From Bacteriovoracia bacterium (GTDB lineage: Bacteria > Bdellovibrionota > UBA1018 > JBFWNL01), in contig JBFWNL010000006.1 of the NCBI GenBank assembly GCA_050251055.1, forward strand, positions 64,001 through 128,000: a stretch of 64,000 nucleotides of DNA. The letters run 5' to 3'. This document shows, one piece after another, positions 19,906 to 28,133 of the stretch (within the stretch, counting starts at the first letter, position 1; every line of letters starts with the position of its first letter). The notes below the pieces were generated by a model. It had not been told where the DNA came from. It searched no databases and was given only the letters and a program-made list of their open reading frames with translations. The translations under genes were made by a program, and so were the position numbers.

Positions 19906-21381
19906 GTGTTCGAAATAGATACGATTGAAGCTGGCGGAGCAAAAATAAAAGTCATCGGCGTGGGCGGGTCGGGCTGCAACGCCGTGAACACCATGATCCG
20001 GTTAGGACTGACCGGCGTGGAGTTCATCACCGCTAACACCGATAAGCAGGCGCTCGACGCTTCGCTCGCGACCACCAAGGTGCCGATCGGGCAGGAGCTG
20101 ACCAAGGGCCTAGGCGCCGGCGCGAACCCCGAGGTGGGACGCAAGGCGGCGCTAGAAGACTACGCGCACATCGCGGAGCTGCTAGCGGGCGCGGACATGG
20201 TTTTCATCACGGCCGGCATGGGTGGAGGCACCGGTACCGGCGCGGCTCCCGTCATCGCGAAGATCGCGAAGGAAATCGGCGCCCTCACCGTGGGCGTGGT
20301 GACCAAGCCTTTCCAATTCGAGGGAAAAAAGCGCATGAAGCACGCCATCGGCGGGCTGGATGAATTGCGCTCGTCGGTCGACTCGTTGATCACGATCCCA
20401 AACCAGAGATTGCTGGCGATTTCTGGCGCGACGCTTTCGATGGTCGATGCGTTCAAAAAAGCCGACGAAGTGCTCTTGAACGCCGTGCAAGGCATTTCCG
20501 ACCTCATCAACCACACGGGTCTCATCAACAGCGACTTCGCCGACGTGAAGACGATCATGCGTAATAAGGGCCTTGCCCTGATGGGTATTGGCTTTGGTTC
20601 GGGAGAGCACCGCGCGGTAGAGGCGGCGACGAACGCTATCTCGAGCCCGTTGCTCGAGGACGTTTCGATCAACGGCGCCACCGGCATCATCATCAACATC
20701 ACCGGCGGATCCGATCTCAAGATCCACGAGGTCAACGAAGCGACCACCTTGATCATGGAAGCCGCGCATGAAGATGCGGAAATCATTTTCGGCACCGTGA
20801 TCGACGAGAGCTTGAAGGAAAAGGTGAAAGTCACCGTGATTGCTACGGGCCTGGGCGGCAGCGCGGAGATCGCGGCCGACGCCGCCCGCTCCGCCATGGC
20901 GGCCAGCGTAGGTGCCACGGCAGCTCCGGCTGCGGAACTCGCTTCGACGAATCCCGCTTTGAACCAAGCGCTAGATGCCCTGCCGGGCGCGTCGTTGGAA
21001 GATCCGACCTTGTCGATTCCGGCCACCGGCGCTACGGCGGCGGGTCCGCAGATCAACGTATTCAATGGCGAGGGGTTGCAAAGCCTCGATCTGCTAGATG
21101 AAGACATGGACGCCCCGGCGGTCAGCGCCGCTATGCCCGAGTTGGACCAAGAAATGGAGATGGAACAGTCACAGGCTGCCCCGGCCAAGGCCGCGACACC
21201 ACCACCCTCTCCCTACGCCAACGGGCCGACTTCGGCGACGGCTAATCCTGGGAACTCGGGCGGCGGTTCGGAACTTTCGCGCGCGCGGGCGATCGCCCAG
21301 CGGCTCGGGATCACGAACCTGACCGACGATCAGTACGACATTCCCACCTACATGCGTAGGCAACAGGAGCGCGAAGTATAG
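19906..21381 (+). CDS. ftsZ: Cell division protein FtsZ with long C-terminal linker
   Basis: [30 protein letters not shown]-terminal DIPTYMR. Confidence 0.98.
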   Translation: MFEIDTIEAGGAKIKVIGVGGSGCNAVNTMIRLGLTGVEFITANTDKQALDASLATTKVPIGQELTKGLGAGANPEVGRKAALEDYAHIAELLAGADMVFITAGMGGGTGTGAAPVIAKIAKEIGALTVGVVTKPFQFEGKKRMKHAIGGLDELRSSVDSLITIPNQRLLAISGATLSMVDAFKKADEVLLNAVQGISDLINHTGLINSDFADVKTIMRNKGLALMGIGFGSGEHRAVEAATNAISSPLLEDVSINGATGIIINITGGSDLKIHEVNEATTLIMEAAHEDAEIIFGTVIDESLKEKVKVTVIATGLGGSAEIAADAARSAMAASVGATAAPAAELASTNPALNQALDALPGASLEDPTLSIPATGATAAGPQINVFNGEGLQSLDLLDEDMDAPAVSAAMPELDQEMEMEQSQAAPAKAATPPPSPYANGPTSATANPGNSGGGSELSRARAIAQRLGITNLTDDQYDIPTYMRRQQEREV

Positions 21382-21402
21382 CCGGAGGAGTCCGGCTACT
21401 GA

Positions 21403-22320
21403 TTGCAGGCCCAGATACCGTCGCAGATCCGTTATTGGAATCGTTCCACGCAACGAGAAGAGGTCGAGCGCGTCTATGGCGACGCGCTCGTTCGCTTCAT
21501 TTATAACACCGGCGTCGGCCGCGCTTTGAACGACCTCGTGCTATCCCGTTCTTTGCTCAGCAAAGCGATGGGTAGGTATCAGTCCTCTCGCTTAAGCCGG
21601 AACGCGATCGGCCGTTTCATCGCGGACTTCGGCATCCCAATGGAAGAGTACCAAGACACCCAGTACGGGTCGTTCAACGACTTCTTCATCCGAAAATTCC
21701 GGCCGGGGATGCGATCATTTTCGCAAAGTCCCTCCGACTTCTCCGCGTTCGCCGAAGGCCGTTACCTGGCGTTCGCCTCGATCACGGAAGACCAGACTTT
21801 TCCCGTGAAGGGAGCCGACCTCAGTCCGGAGCAGATTTTAGGTAACGCCGAGCAAGCCAAGTCCTTCGTGGGGGGGCCGCTGATGATCTGCCGGCTTTGC
21901 CCGACCGACTACCATCGGTTTCACTTTCCGGACGATGGCGCGGTGGAGGAAATCTATCGGGTGGCCGGACGCTATCATTCTGTGAATCCGATGGCGCTTC
22001 GGTATAAGAGCGAGATCTTCGCGATCAACGAGCGCCAGGTGAGCATCCTGCGTACCCGCAATTTCGGCAAGGTCGCTTACGTCGAAGTGGGCGCCATGGG
22101 CGTGGGCAAGATTGTGCAGTCCTACAACGGAATTAATTTTAAGCGGGGCGACGAAAAGGGATATTTTCTTTTCGGCGGATCTACCGTCATCGTGTTCGGG
22201 GAGCCGGAAGCGTGGCGTCCGTCCGCCGATTTGCTCGCCAACACCGCCAAGCGGGTGGAGACTTTCGTAAAGCTTGGCGACACCGTGGCCACGGCCATCG
22301 TGGGCAATACGAACGTATGA
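21403..22320 (+). CDS. psd: Phosphatidylserine decarboxylase proenzyme
   Basis: FNDFFIRK, RLCP.DYHRFHFP, HSVNP, NER, EVGA..VG.I, FGGST autocleavage motif. Confidence 0.92.
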   Translation: MQAQIPSQIRYWNRSTQREEVERVYGDALVRFIYNTGVGRALNDLVLSRSLLSKAMGRYQSSRLSRNAIGRFIADFGIPMEEYQDTQYGSFNDFFIRKFRPGMRSFSQSPSDFSAFAEGRYLAFASITEDQTFPVKGADLSPEQILGNAEQAKSFVGGPLMICRLCPTDYHRFHFPDDGAVEEIYRVAGRYHSVNPMALRYKSEIFAINERQVSILRTRNFGKVAYVEVGAMGVGKIVQSYNGINFKRGDEKGYFLFGGSTVIVFGEPEAWRPSADLLANTAKRVETFVKLGDTVATAIVGNTNV

Positions 22321-23525
22321 CAGAAACCGGTCTAGCGGAGCCGGTCGACCGTACCATTGAAAGTATCGTCGCGGCGATTCACCCCCGCGCCCTTTTTCAC
22401 GAACACGTAAAGCTTGTTGGATCGCGCCTTTATTTCGGCGGCGACGTCGTTGAGCTCGTGCACTTTCGTTCGATCTGGGTGATTGGTGCCGGCAAGGCGT
22501 CTGCCGCGATGGCTCAAGCCTTGGAAGGGATTCTGGGAGATCGCATCACCGGAGGCGTGGTGATCGTCAACGAAGGCAATGAAGCTCCCACCCGAAGGGT
22601 CCAGGTGCTCACGGGAACGCACCCGTTTCTTTCGGAGCGCAATCTAGAAGCCTCCCAGGCCTTGATCCAATGTTTACGCGGATCCACGGCGGACGATCTC
22701 GTGATCACGGTTTTTTCCGGAGGCGGATCGGCGCTTTTTGAGGAGCTCGACATCAACGTGGAGCTTGCCGACTATTTGCGGGAAATGGAGCAGCTGTACC
22801 GTACCGGAATCGGAATTCACGCTATCAATCGGTGGCGAAAGCGGGATTCGCTCGTAAAAGGCGGAAAACTTTTGGGACGGTTCCACCCCGCGCTTTGGCT
22901 GAACTTCCTCTTGTCGGACGTGCCGGGCGACGAACTTGGCACGATTGCCTCGGGGCCGACCGTGCCCCGGGAAGGCGAAGCTTCTTCTGAGCCGGTGATC
23001 AGCTACTTGTTAGGGGGACACGAGAGCGCGCTCCGATCCACCTCAGCCGTGTTCCGGGCGCGAGGGTTTTCGGTGGAGGTTGCCCCTTTTGACTTGAACC
23101 TGCCCGTGGAGACGGCGACCGAAAAGTTTGCGGCCTGGATCCGCGAGTTTGGGGATAGGCCAGCCCCCCGCGCCTTGGTGGCGTCGGGCGAGCTTTTGAT
23201 CGATGTGCGGGGACCGGGCCACGGTGGCCGGAATCAGCACTTAGCTCTCAGCGTGCTTCGAGAGTTGCGAGACTTGGATGGAAATTTCGGCTTTCTGGCT
23301 TTGGGAACCGACGGTCGCGACGGGCCTACGGATGCTGCCGGCGGATTAATCACAGGTCGGACGGCGGCGATGGTCCGCGCACGTAGGTTTGACCTCACGG
23401 CCGCGCTCGCGAAGTTCGACGCCTATTCGGCCTTGCAGGAGTTTGGGGCGCTCGTGGTGACGGGACCGACGGGCACGAACGTCGGCGATCTCGCGGTCGC
23501 CTGGGTCTTACCAGCCGACGGTTAA
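22317..23525 (+). CDS. Glycerate 2-kinase (MOFRL/DUF4147 family)
   Basis: GAGKAS, HP, SGGGSAL, SDVPGD..IASGP, GGRNQ, TDG.DGP, TGPTGTNV.D; ATGA overlap with psd. Confidence 0.9.
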   Translation: MTETGLAEPVDRTIESIVAAIHPRALFHEHVKLVGSRLYFGGDVVELVHFRSIWVIGAGKASAAMAQALEGILGDRITGGVVIVNEGNEAPTRRVQVLTGTHPFLSERNLEASQALIQCLRGSTADDLVITVFSGGGSALFEELDINVELADYLREMEQLYRTGIGIHAINRWRKRDSLVKGGKLLGRFHPALWLNFLLSDVPGDELGTIASGPTVPREGEASSEPVISYLLGGHESALRSTSAVFRARGFSVEVAPFDLNLPVETATEKFAAWIREFGDRPAPRALVASGELLIDVRGPGHGGRNQHLALSVLRELRDLDGNFGFLALGTDGRDGPTDAAGGLITGRTAAMVRARRFDLTAALAKFDAYSALQEFGALVVTGPTGTNVGDLAVAWVLPADG

Positions 23526-24269
23526 GCCGCCGTCGAGCTCGATTGTCTGGCCGGTGATATAGGCGGCTTGATCGCTCACCAGGAACGCCACGAGATGCGC
23601 GACGTCCTTCGCGCTGCCCATGCGTTTCAGTGGTATCCGCTGCACGAACTTCTCGCGGATCTCCGCCGGGATCTGCTGGGTGAGGATCGTGTCCATCATG
23701 CCCGGCGCGATCGCATTCACGTTCACGTTATAGCGTGAGAGTTCCAAAGCCCAAGTCCGGGTGAGTCCGACTACGCCGGCTTTGGAGGCGGAATAATTCG
23801 TTTGCCCGATATTTCCATGCCAAGCGACCGAAGAGAGGTTCACGATCTTTCCGGACTTCTTCTCCATCATTATTCTCGCGCAGGCCTGGCCCATGTTGAA
23901 CGGGCCCTTGAGGTTTACGCGGATCACTTCGTCCCATTTCTCTTCCGTCAGTTTATGGAGCATAGAGTCGCGGGTGATGCCGGCATTGTTCACGAGAATG
24001 TCGACTGTCCCGAACTTGGCCTTAACTTCCTCCGCCAAGGCTTGCGCTGCTTTGTAGTCGGAAACATCATGCTGGCTGACGAGGGTTTTGCGACCCAGTG
24101 CTTCAATTTGCTGGGCCACCGCTTGTGCGCCGTCCACACCCAAGTCGTTCACCACGACGTGTGCCCCCCGTTTTGCTAGTTCCAGAGCGGTTTCTGAGCC
24201 AAGGCCTCTACCAGATCCGGTGACGAGGGCGATCTTGTCTTTGAGTTGCAGGGTGTCAGGATAGTTCAT
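23508..24269 (-). CDS. fabG: 3-oxoacyl-ACP reductase (SDR, FabG family)
   Basis: TGSGRGLG, NNAGITRD, GQTNYSASKAG (YxxxK), YITGQ..DGG. Confidence 0.88.
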   Translation of the reverse strand: MNYPDTLQLKDKIALVTGSGRGLGSETALELAKRGAHVVVNDLGVDGAQAVAQQIEALGRKTLVSQHDVSDYKAAQALAEEVKAKFGTVDILVNNAGITRDSMLHKLTEEKWDEVIRVNLKGPFNMGQACARIMMEKKSGKIVNLSSVAWHGNIGQTNYSASKAGVVGLTRTWALELSRYNVNVNAIAPGMMDTILTQQIPAEIREKFVQRIPLKRMGSAKDVAHLVAFLVSDQAAYITGQTIELDGGLTVGW

Positions 24270-24276
24270 GAGAGAA

Positions 24277-24305
24277 AGCTTATCGGGTGGTTTCCCGCCG
24301 TGCAA
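24277..24305 (-). promoter_or_regulatory. Sigma70-type promoter of fabG, probably leaderless
   Basis: TTGCAC-17-TAAGCT, then 7 nt to ATG 24269; no SD. Confidence 0.6.
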
Positions 24306-24407
24306 GGTCTTAGCAAACGTTAAGTTTTTTTCGGCCGTCAAATTTGCAATTTAGAAAAAACTCGTTACACTCGTCGGATCAATTGAATCGCATAAGGGGG
24401 GATTTCC

Positions 24408-25913
24408 ATGCGTATGTTTCAACTTCCAAGGATGGCGCTCGTGCTGGCGGCGATGTTGGTCGCGCCGGCCGCGCTCGCTAACGGTTTCTATAAACCCGGC
24501 GAAGTGATCGTTAAGTACAAGAACAACATCGTGCGCACGAATGCCGTGATGACCGAAATGTATAATGACGTCGGCATTCAGAGCGTGAAGTATTTCAACG
24601 GCATGATGAGCGACTTCGAGCAACTCATCTTAAAGCCAGGCGTCTCCGTGCAAGACGCGGTGAAGAGCCTGGAGCAAACTGGCTTGGTCGAATACGCCCA
24701 GCCGAACTACCTTCTTTTTACCCCCGAAGTGCAAAGCCAGCTGTTGAAAGCCATTCAGCAAGCTAAGAAGAAACAAGAAGCTCCGCCTTGCATCATTCCC
24801 GGCATTCCGTTCCCTCCTGGTTGTGAAGATGGTGGCGGCGGAGGCGGTGGTGATGTTCCTTGCATCATTCCGGGTATCCCATTCCCTCCCGGCTGCGTTG
24901 ACGGCGGCGACGGCGGTGGTGGTGGCGGAGGCAATCCTCCCGCTGAACGCCCGAAGGTAGAAAATCCTCCGGCCGAAGGCAGCCCGGTGGCCGACCCTGA
25001 CAACGCTAAGGCGTGGGGTTTGGAAAAGATTCAAGCGACCTCGGCTTGGAAAGAATTCCCCGGTGACCGCAAGTTCATCGTGGCCGTGATCGATACCGGT
25101 ATCGACTATAACCATAAGGACTTGTCCTTGAACGTGTGGAGAAATCCGAGCCCGACCAACAACGACGTGGTTGGTTTCGACTTCATTCACAATGACGGCC
25201 TCCCGTACGACGACCAAGGTCACGGTACCCACTGCTCGGGTTCTATCGGTGCGGTCGGGGAGAACGGTTTCGGTATCTCGGGCGTGTCCCAGAAGGTGTC
25301 GATCATGGGCTTGAAGTTCCTGTCCTCCTCGGGCCAGGGCTCCACGGCCGATGCCATCAAGGCCATCGACTACGCGATTGCCAAGGGTGCCCGCGTGCTC
25401 TCCAACAGCTGGGGTAGCATTGGCGCCGATCCGGATAACAATGTCCTCGAAGAAGCGATCAACCGCGCGGAAAAAGCCGGCGTGCTCTTCGTGGCGGCGG
25501 CCGGTAACGGCAACCAGTTCGGCATGGGTCAGGACAACGACTCCAGTGCTCAGCGCAGCTATCCCGCTTCCTTCACGACCCCGAACATTATTTCGGTGGC
25601 CGCGACGGACAAGAACGACGGGCTGGCTTCGTTCTCGAACTACGGGAAGAAGTCCGTGCACCTCGGCGCTCCGGGCGTAGGCGTATACAGCGCCGCTCCG
25701 GGCAGCAAGTACGCCACCCACGACGGTACGTCGATGGCGTGTCCGCATGTGGCGGGCGCGGCGGCCTTGCTCTGGTCGAAGCACCCCGACTGGGATTACA
25801 AGAAAGTCAAAGAAGTACTCATAAAGACGACCGATCCGGTGGCGAGCTTGGCAAACAAGTCCGTGTCCGGCGGGCGACTGAATATCCTGAAGGCTATCAG
25901 TTTCAAGGAGTGA
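24408..25913 (+). CDS. Secreted S8 subtilisin-like serine protease
   Basis: Signal peptide and propeptide; VIDTG, HGTH, AAGN, GTSMACPHVAG. Confidence 0.95.
   Translation: MRMFQLPRMALVLAAMLVAPAALANGFYKPGEVIVKYKNNIVRTNAVMTEMYNDVGIQSVKYFNGMMSDFEQLILKPGVSVQDAVKSLEQTGLVEYAQPNYLLFTPEVQSQLLKAIQQAKKKQEAPPCIIPGIPFPPGCEDGGGGGGGDVPCIIPGIPFPPGCVDGGDGGGGGGGNPPAERPKVENPPAEGSPVADPDNAKAWGLEKIQATSAWKEFPGDRKFIVAVIDTGIDYNHKDLSLNVWRNPSPTNNDVVGFDFIHNDGLPYDDQGHGTHCSGSIGAVGENGFGISGVSQKVSIMGLKFLSSSGQGSTADAIKAIDYAIAKGARVLSNSWGSIGADPDNNVLEEAINRAEKAGVLFVAAAGNGNQFGMGQDNDSSAQRSYPASFTTPNIISVAATDKNDGLASFSNYGKKSVHLGAPGVGVYSAAPGSKYATHDGTSMACPHVAGAAALLWSKHPDWDYKKVKEVLIKTTDPVASLANKSVSGGRLNILKAISFKE
24786..24896 (+). repeat. 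Intragenic tandem repeat of PCIIPGIPFPPGC (2 copies) with Gly linkers
   Basis: Copies at 24786-24824 and 24858-24896 encode identical peptides and differ at 7 synonymous codons. Confidence 0.9.
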
Positions 25914-25942
25914 TCCTTCAGGCCAAGGAACTAGGCTAAGTG

Positions 25943-25978
25943 GAAGGGGGAAGCCGCATCCGTGCAGCTTCCCCCTTC
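25943..25978. terminator. Long GC-rich hairpin between the convergent subtilase and dksA units
   Basis: GAAGGGGGAAGC...GCTTCCCCCTTC inverted repeat; on the minus strand it extends to 16 bp around a CGGA loop. Confidence 0.75.
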
Positions 25979-26175
25979 TCGTTTTCGTGCTACCACGACA
26001 CTGACTGCTCGCCGCTGCCTGAACCGGGACCTATCCATGGTGGGTTCAAGTGGGCGATCGGCCATCCTTGGCCAGTACTACGAGTCGGGCACCCCATCCT
26101 TGGTGTCCCCCCATTGAGCCCCGCGACCCCTCGCGTGACCCAAACCCTAATTGCCCCCTAACAAAATCATTGAAC
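25943..26175 (-). ncRNA. Candidate CsrB/RsmZ-like CsrA-binding RNA (sRNA or dksA 3' UTR)
   Basis: Four hairpin-loop motifs on the minus strand: CAAGGATG (26095-26102), CAAGGATG (26063-26070), CATGGATA (26032-26039), CACGGATG (25957-25964); ends uncertain. Confidence 0.55.
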
Positions 26176-26179
26176 TGAC

Positions 26180-26593
26180 TTAAGCGATCCGCAGATTGAT
26201 CTTCTTGCCGATGCTCTTGTGTTTGTGACCGTCGGCATGCACCTGCTCGCGCCGTTCCTGATCTTCCTTGCAGTTCAGGCACAGCGTGGTGGTCGGCCGC
26301 GCTTCCAAGCGTTTAAACTCGATGTCCTCTTCGCAATCCTGGCACAATCCGAACTTGCCCATCCGGATGCGGTTCAGGGCTTCGTCGATCTTCTTGATGA
26401 ACAAAGCTTCCCGGTTGCGCAACCGGATGCGCATGGATTGTTCCAGATCGGAAGAAGTCAGGTCGACTTCATCTTTTAGATCTTCCGTGTGGACCTGGAA
26501 GTTTGCGTCCAGGATTTCCTGCGTGTACAAAAGATCCTTCTTTTGTTTCTCGAAATGATGCTTGAACTTCTCTATCGCGTGAGCGTGAAGCAT
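26180..26593 (-). CDS. dksA: DksA/TraR family transcription factor, copy 1 (tip DEVDLT)
   Basis: RE..I.KI..AL.RI..G.FG.C..C.EDI...RL.ARP...LC..CK zinc finger; AAGGAG SD 7 nt before ATG 26593. Confidence 0.92.
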   Translation of the reverse strand: MLHAHAIEKFKHHFEKQKKDLLYTQEILDANFQVHTEDLKDEVDLTSSDLEQSMRIRLRNREALFIKKIDEALNRIRMGKFGLCQDCEEDIEFKRLEARPTTTLCLNCKEDQERREQVHADGHKHKSIGKKINLRIA

Positions 26594-26627
26594 AGATGTA
26601 CTCCTTCTTCCCCAGGGCAAGCTGGGC

Positions 26628-26670
26628 GACACATCCCGTGTCTCCGCCGGTGACACAGATCCCTCGTGTC
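26628..26670 (-). promoter_or_regulatory. Two repeated GACAC-stem hairpins with GGA loops in the dksA copy 1 leader
   Basis: GACACGAGGGATCTGTGTC (26652-26670) and GACACGGGATGTGTC (26628-26642) on the minus strand. Confidence 0.6.
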
Positions 26671-26722
26671 TTGGCTTGTTGACTTCAGTTGTTTAATGGA
26701 CCGATGGAACGAAAAGAACCGA

Positions 26723-26797
26723 CTAGCGTCGCGTAGCCCAACGGGCTTGCGCGGTTAGTGGTAGGAAACGACGTGGTTGTTGGTCTGAATAACGCAT
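26723..26797 (-). CDS. Candidate leader peptide/uORF MRYSDQQPRRFLPLTAQARWATRR (24 aa)
   Basis: AAGGGGGT SD-like motif before ATG 26797; TAG at 26723-26725; 3' half overlaps a GC hairpin. Confidence 0.4.
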   Translation of the reverse strand: MRYSDQQPRRFLPLTAQARWATRR

Positions 26798-26854
26798 ACT
26801 GACCCCCTTGGAAGGTTGGTGACTCCCCGGTCAACCTTCACGGAAGTAAGATAG

Positions 26855-26871
26855 TGCGAGAGACATGCCAA
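26855..26871 (-). promoter_or_regulatory. Sigma54 (-24/-12) promoter candidate
   Basis: TTGGCATG-TCTC-TCGCA with GG-N10-GC spacing, close to consensus TGGCACG-N4-TTGCW; A/T tract just upstream. Confidence 0.6.
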
Positions 26872-27105
26872 AGGTAGTTACAAAAAAAAACCAAGGAATT
26901 TCAAGGAACGACTGGAAATCATGCCCTAAAACACGCTCTGGACGGGCATTTTCGACGCCACTTTCGGAGGAAAAATGACGAATTTTTTACCACCAGGGCC
27001 AGAGTGAAACTGAAATGCGACAAATTGCGGCGCCGTCCCGGCCGAAGGAGGTCCGAGCTCATTCGGAGAAGAGGCATTCTGCTCCGGTAGCACGGGACGC
27101 AGGTA

Positions 27106-27516
27106 CTATTTGGTGGCCTTCGAGAATGTCTCGCCCAAGCTCTTGTGGCGTTGACCGGCCGCGCTCATGATCTCCATGCGCTCTTCCTCTTCCTTGCAGG
27201 AAACGCAAAGAGTAGCGGTGGGGCGGGCCTGGAGACGGCGGAACTCGATGTCTTCGCCGCAGGACTCACACTCGCCGAAGGTGCCTTCGTCGATTCGGCG
27301 GAGAGCTTCGTCGACTTTCTTGATGTAAAGGGTTTCACGGTTGCGCAGACGCATGCGCATGGATTGCTCGACGTCGGTCGTGGCCTGGTCGAGTTCGTCC
27401 AGACGGTCGTCCGTGTTTACGTTGAAATCATCGCGGATCACGCGATCGTTGTAGAGGAGCTCGCTGCGTTGGGTTTCAAAAATGCGTTGGAACTTCTTGA
27501 GCGTTACTTTGTTCAT
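27106..27516 (-). CDS. dksA: DksA/TraR family transcription factor, copy 2 (tip DELDQA)
   Basis: DxxDxA tip and CxxC...CxxC zinc finger; clearly paralogous to copy 1. Confidence 0.93.
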   Translation of the reverse strand: MNKVTLKKFQRIFETQRSELLYNDRVIRDDFNVNTDDRLDELDQATTDVEQSMRMRLRNRETLYIKKVDEALRRIDEGTFGECESCGEDIEFRRLQARPTATLCVSCKEEEERMEIMSAAGQRHKSLGETFSKATK

Positions 27517-27538
27517 CGTATCCCCCTAATTTCCGTGG

Positions 27539-28123
27539 CTATGTTCTCAAATCACGAATCACTAACTCGCTTACGGCCTGCAAGGTTTCCATCACGCCCA
27601 CGCCTCGACTGGCGATCGCCTCGAAGTGGGGACGTTTCGCGGCGTTAAAGGTGGCTTCCATTTCTTGCACGGAAACCACGCCCTTCACGTCGCGCTTGTT
27701 ATATTGGAAAACCACGGGCAGCCGGTTGATGTCATAACCGTGCCGCTCGAGGCTTTTCTCCAGCAGTTCGTAACTTTCGATATTGGCGCTCATGCGCTCT
27801 TCCTGGCTGTCGGCGACGAAGACGAGGCCGTCGATCCCTTTGAGGATGAAGTCGCGCGCGGATTCGTAAAACGTCTGGCCAGGGATAGAAAAAATGTGGA
27901 AGCGGGTCTCGAAGCCATTCATGACCTCGCCCACGGAAAGGGGCAAGAAATCGAAGAACAGCGTGCGCTCGTTCTCGGTGCTGAGCGAGGTGAGCTTGCC
28001 ATGCTGTTTCGAGTCGGTGTGGTCGTAGATATACTGGACGTTCGTCGTCTTGCCACTGAGGCCGGGACCACAGTAGGCGATCTTCAAAATCAGCTGCTTG
28101 GAGGCGTGGTTGACGAAGCTCAC
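27539..28123 (-). CDS. mglA: MglA-family small Ras-like GTPase
   Basis: KI.Y.GPGLSGKTTN, RTLFFDFLP, PGQ, L.G.DG.VFVADSQ, QYNKRD. Confidence 0.9.
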   Translation of the reverse strand: MSFVNHASKQLILKIAYCGPGLSGKTTNVQYIYDHTDSKQHGKLTSLSTENERTLFFDFLPLSVGEVMNGFETRFHIFSIPGQTFYESARDFILKGIDGLVFVADSQEERMSANIESYELLEKSLERHGYDINRLPVVFQYNKRDVKGVVSVQEMEATFNAAKRPHFEAIASRGVGVMETLQAVSELVIRDLRT

Positions 28124-28133
28124 CGATCGTACC

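Noticed and set aside
24630-25784. 384-aa minus-strand ORF, and similar long ORFs at 7875-8888, 20160-21188, 59980-60984 and 62480-63481
   Set aside because: Antisense shadows of well-supported genes
25940-26282. Short ORFs 25940-26161 (+) and 26046-26282 (-)
   Set aside because: No SD or protein-like features; the region is better explained by RNA hairpins
27034-27099. tRNA gene
   Set aside because: Cloverleaf-like pairing but no GTTCRA T-loop, D-loop GG or CCA; kept only as an unknown structure
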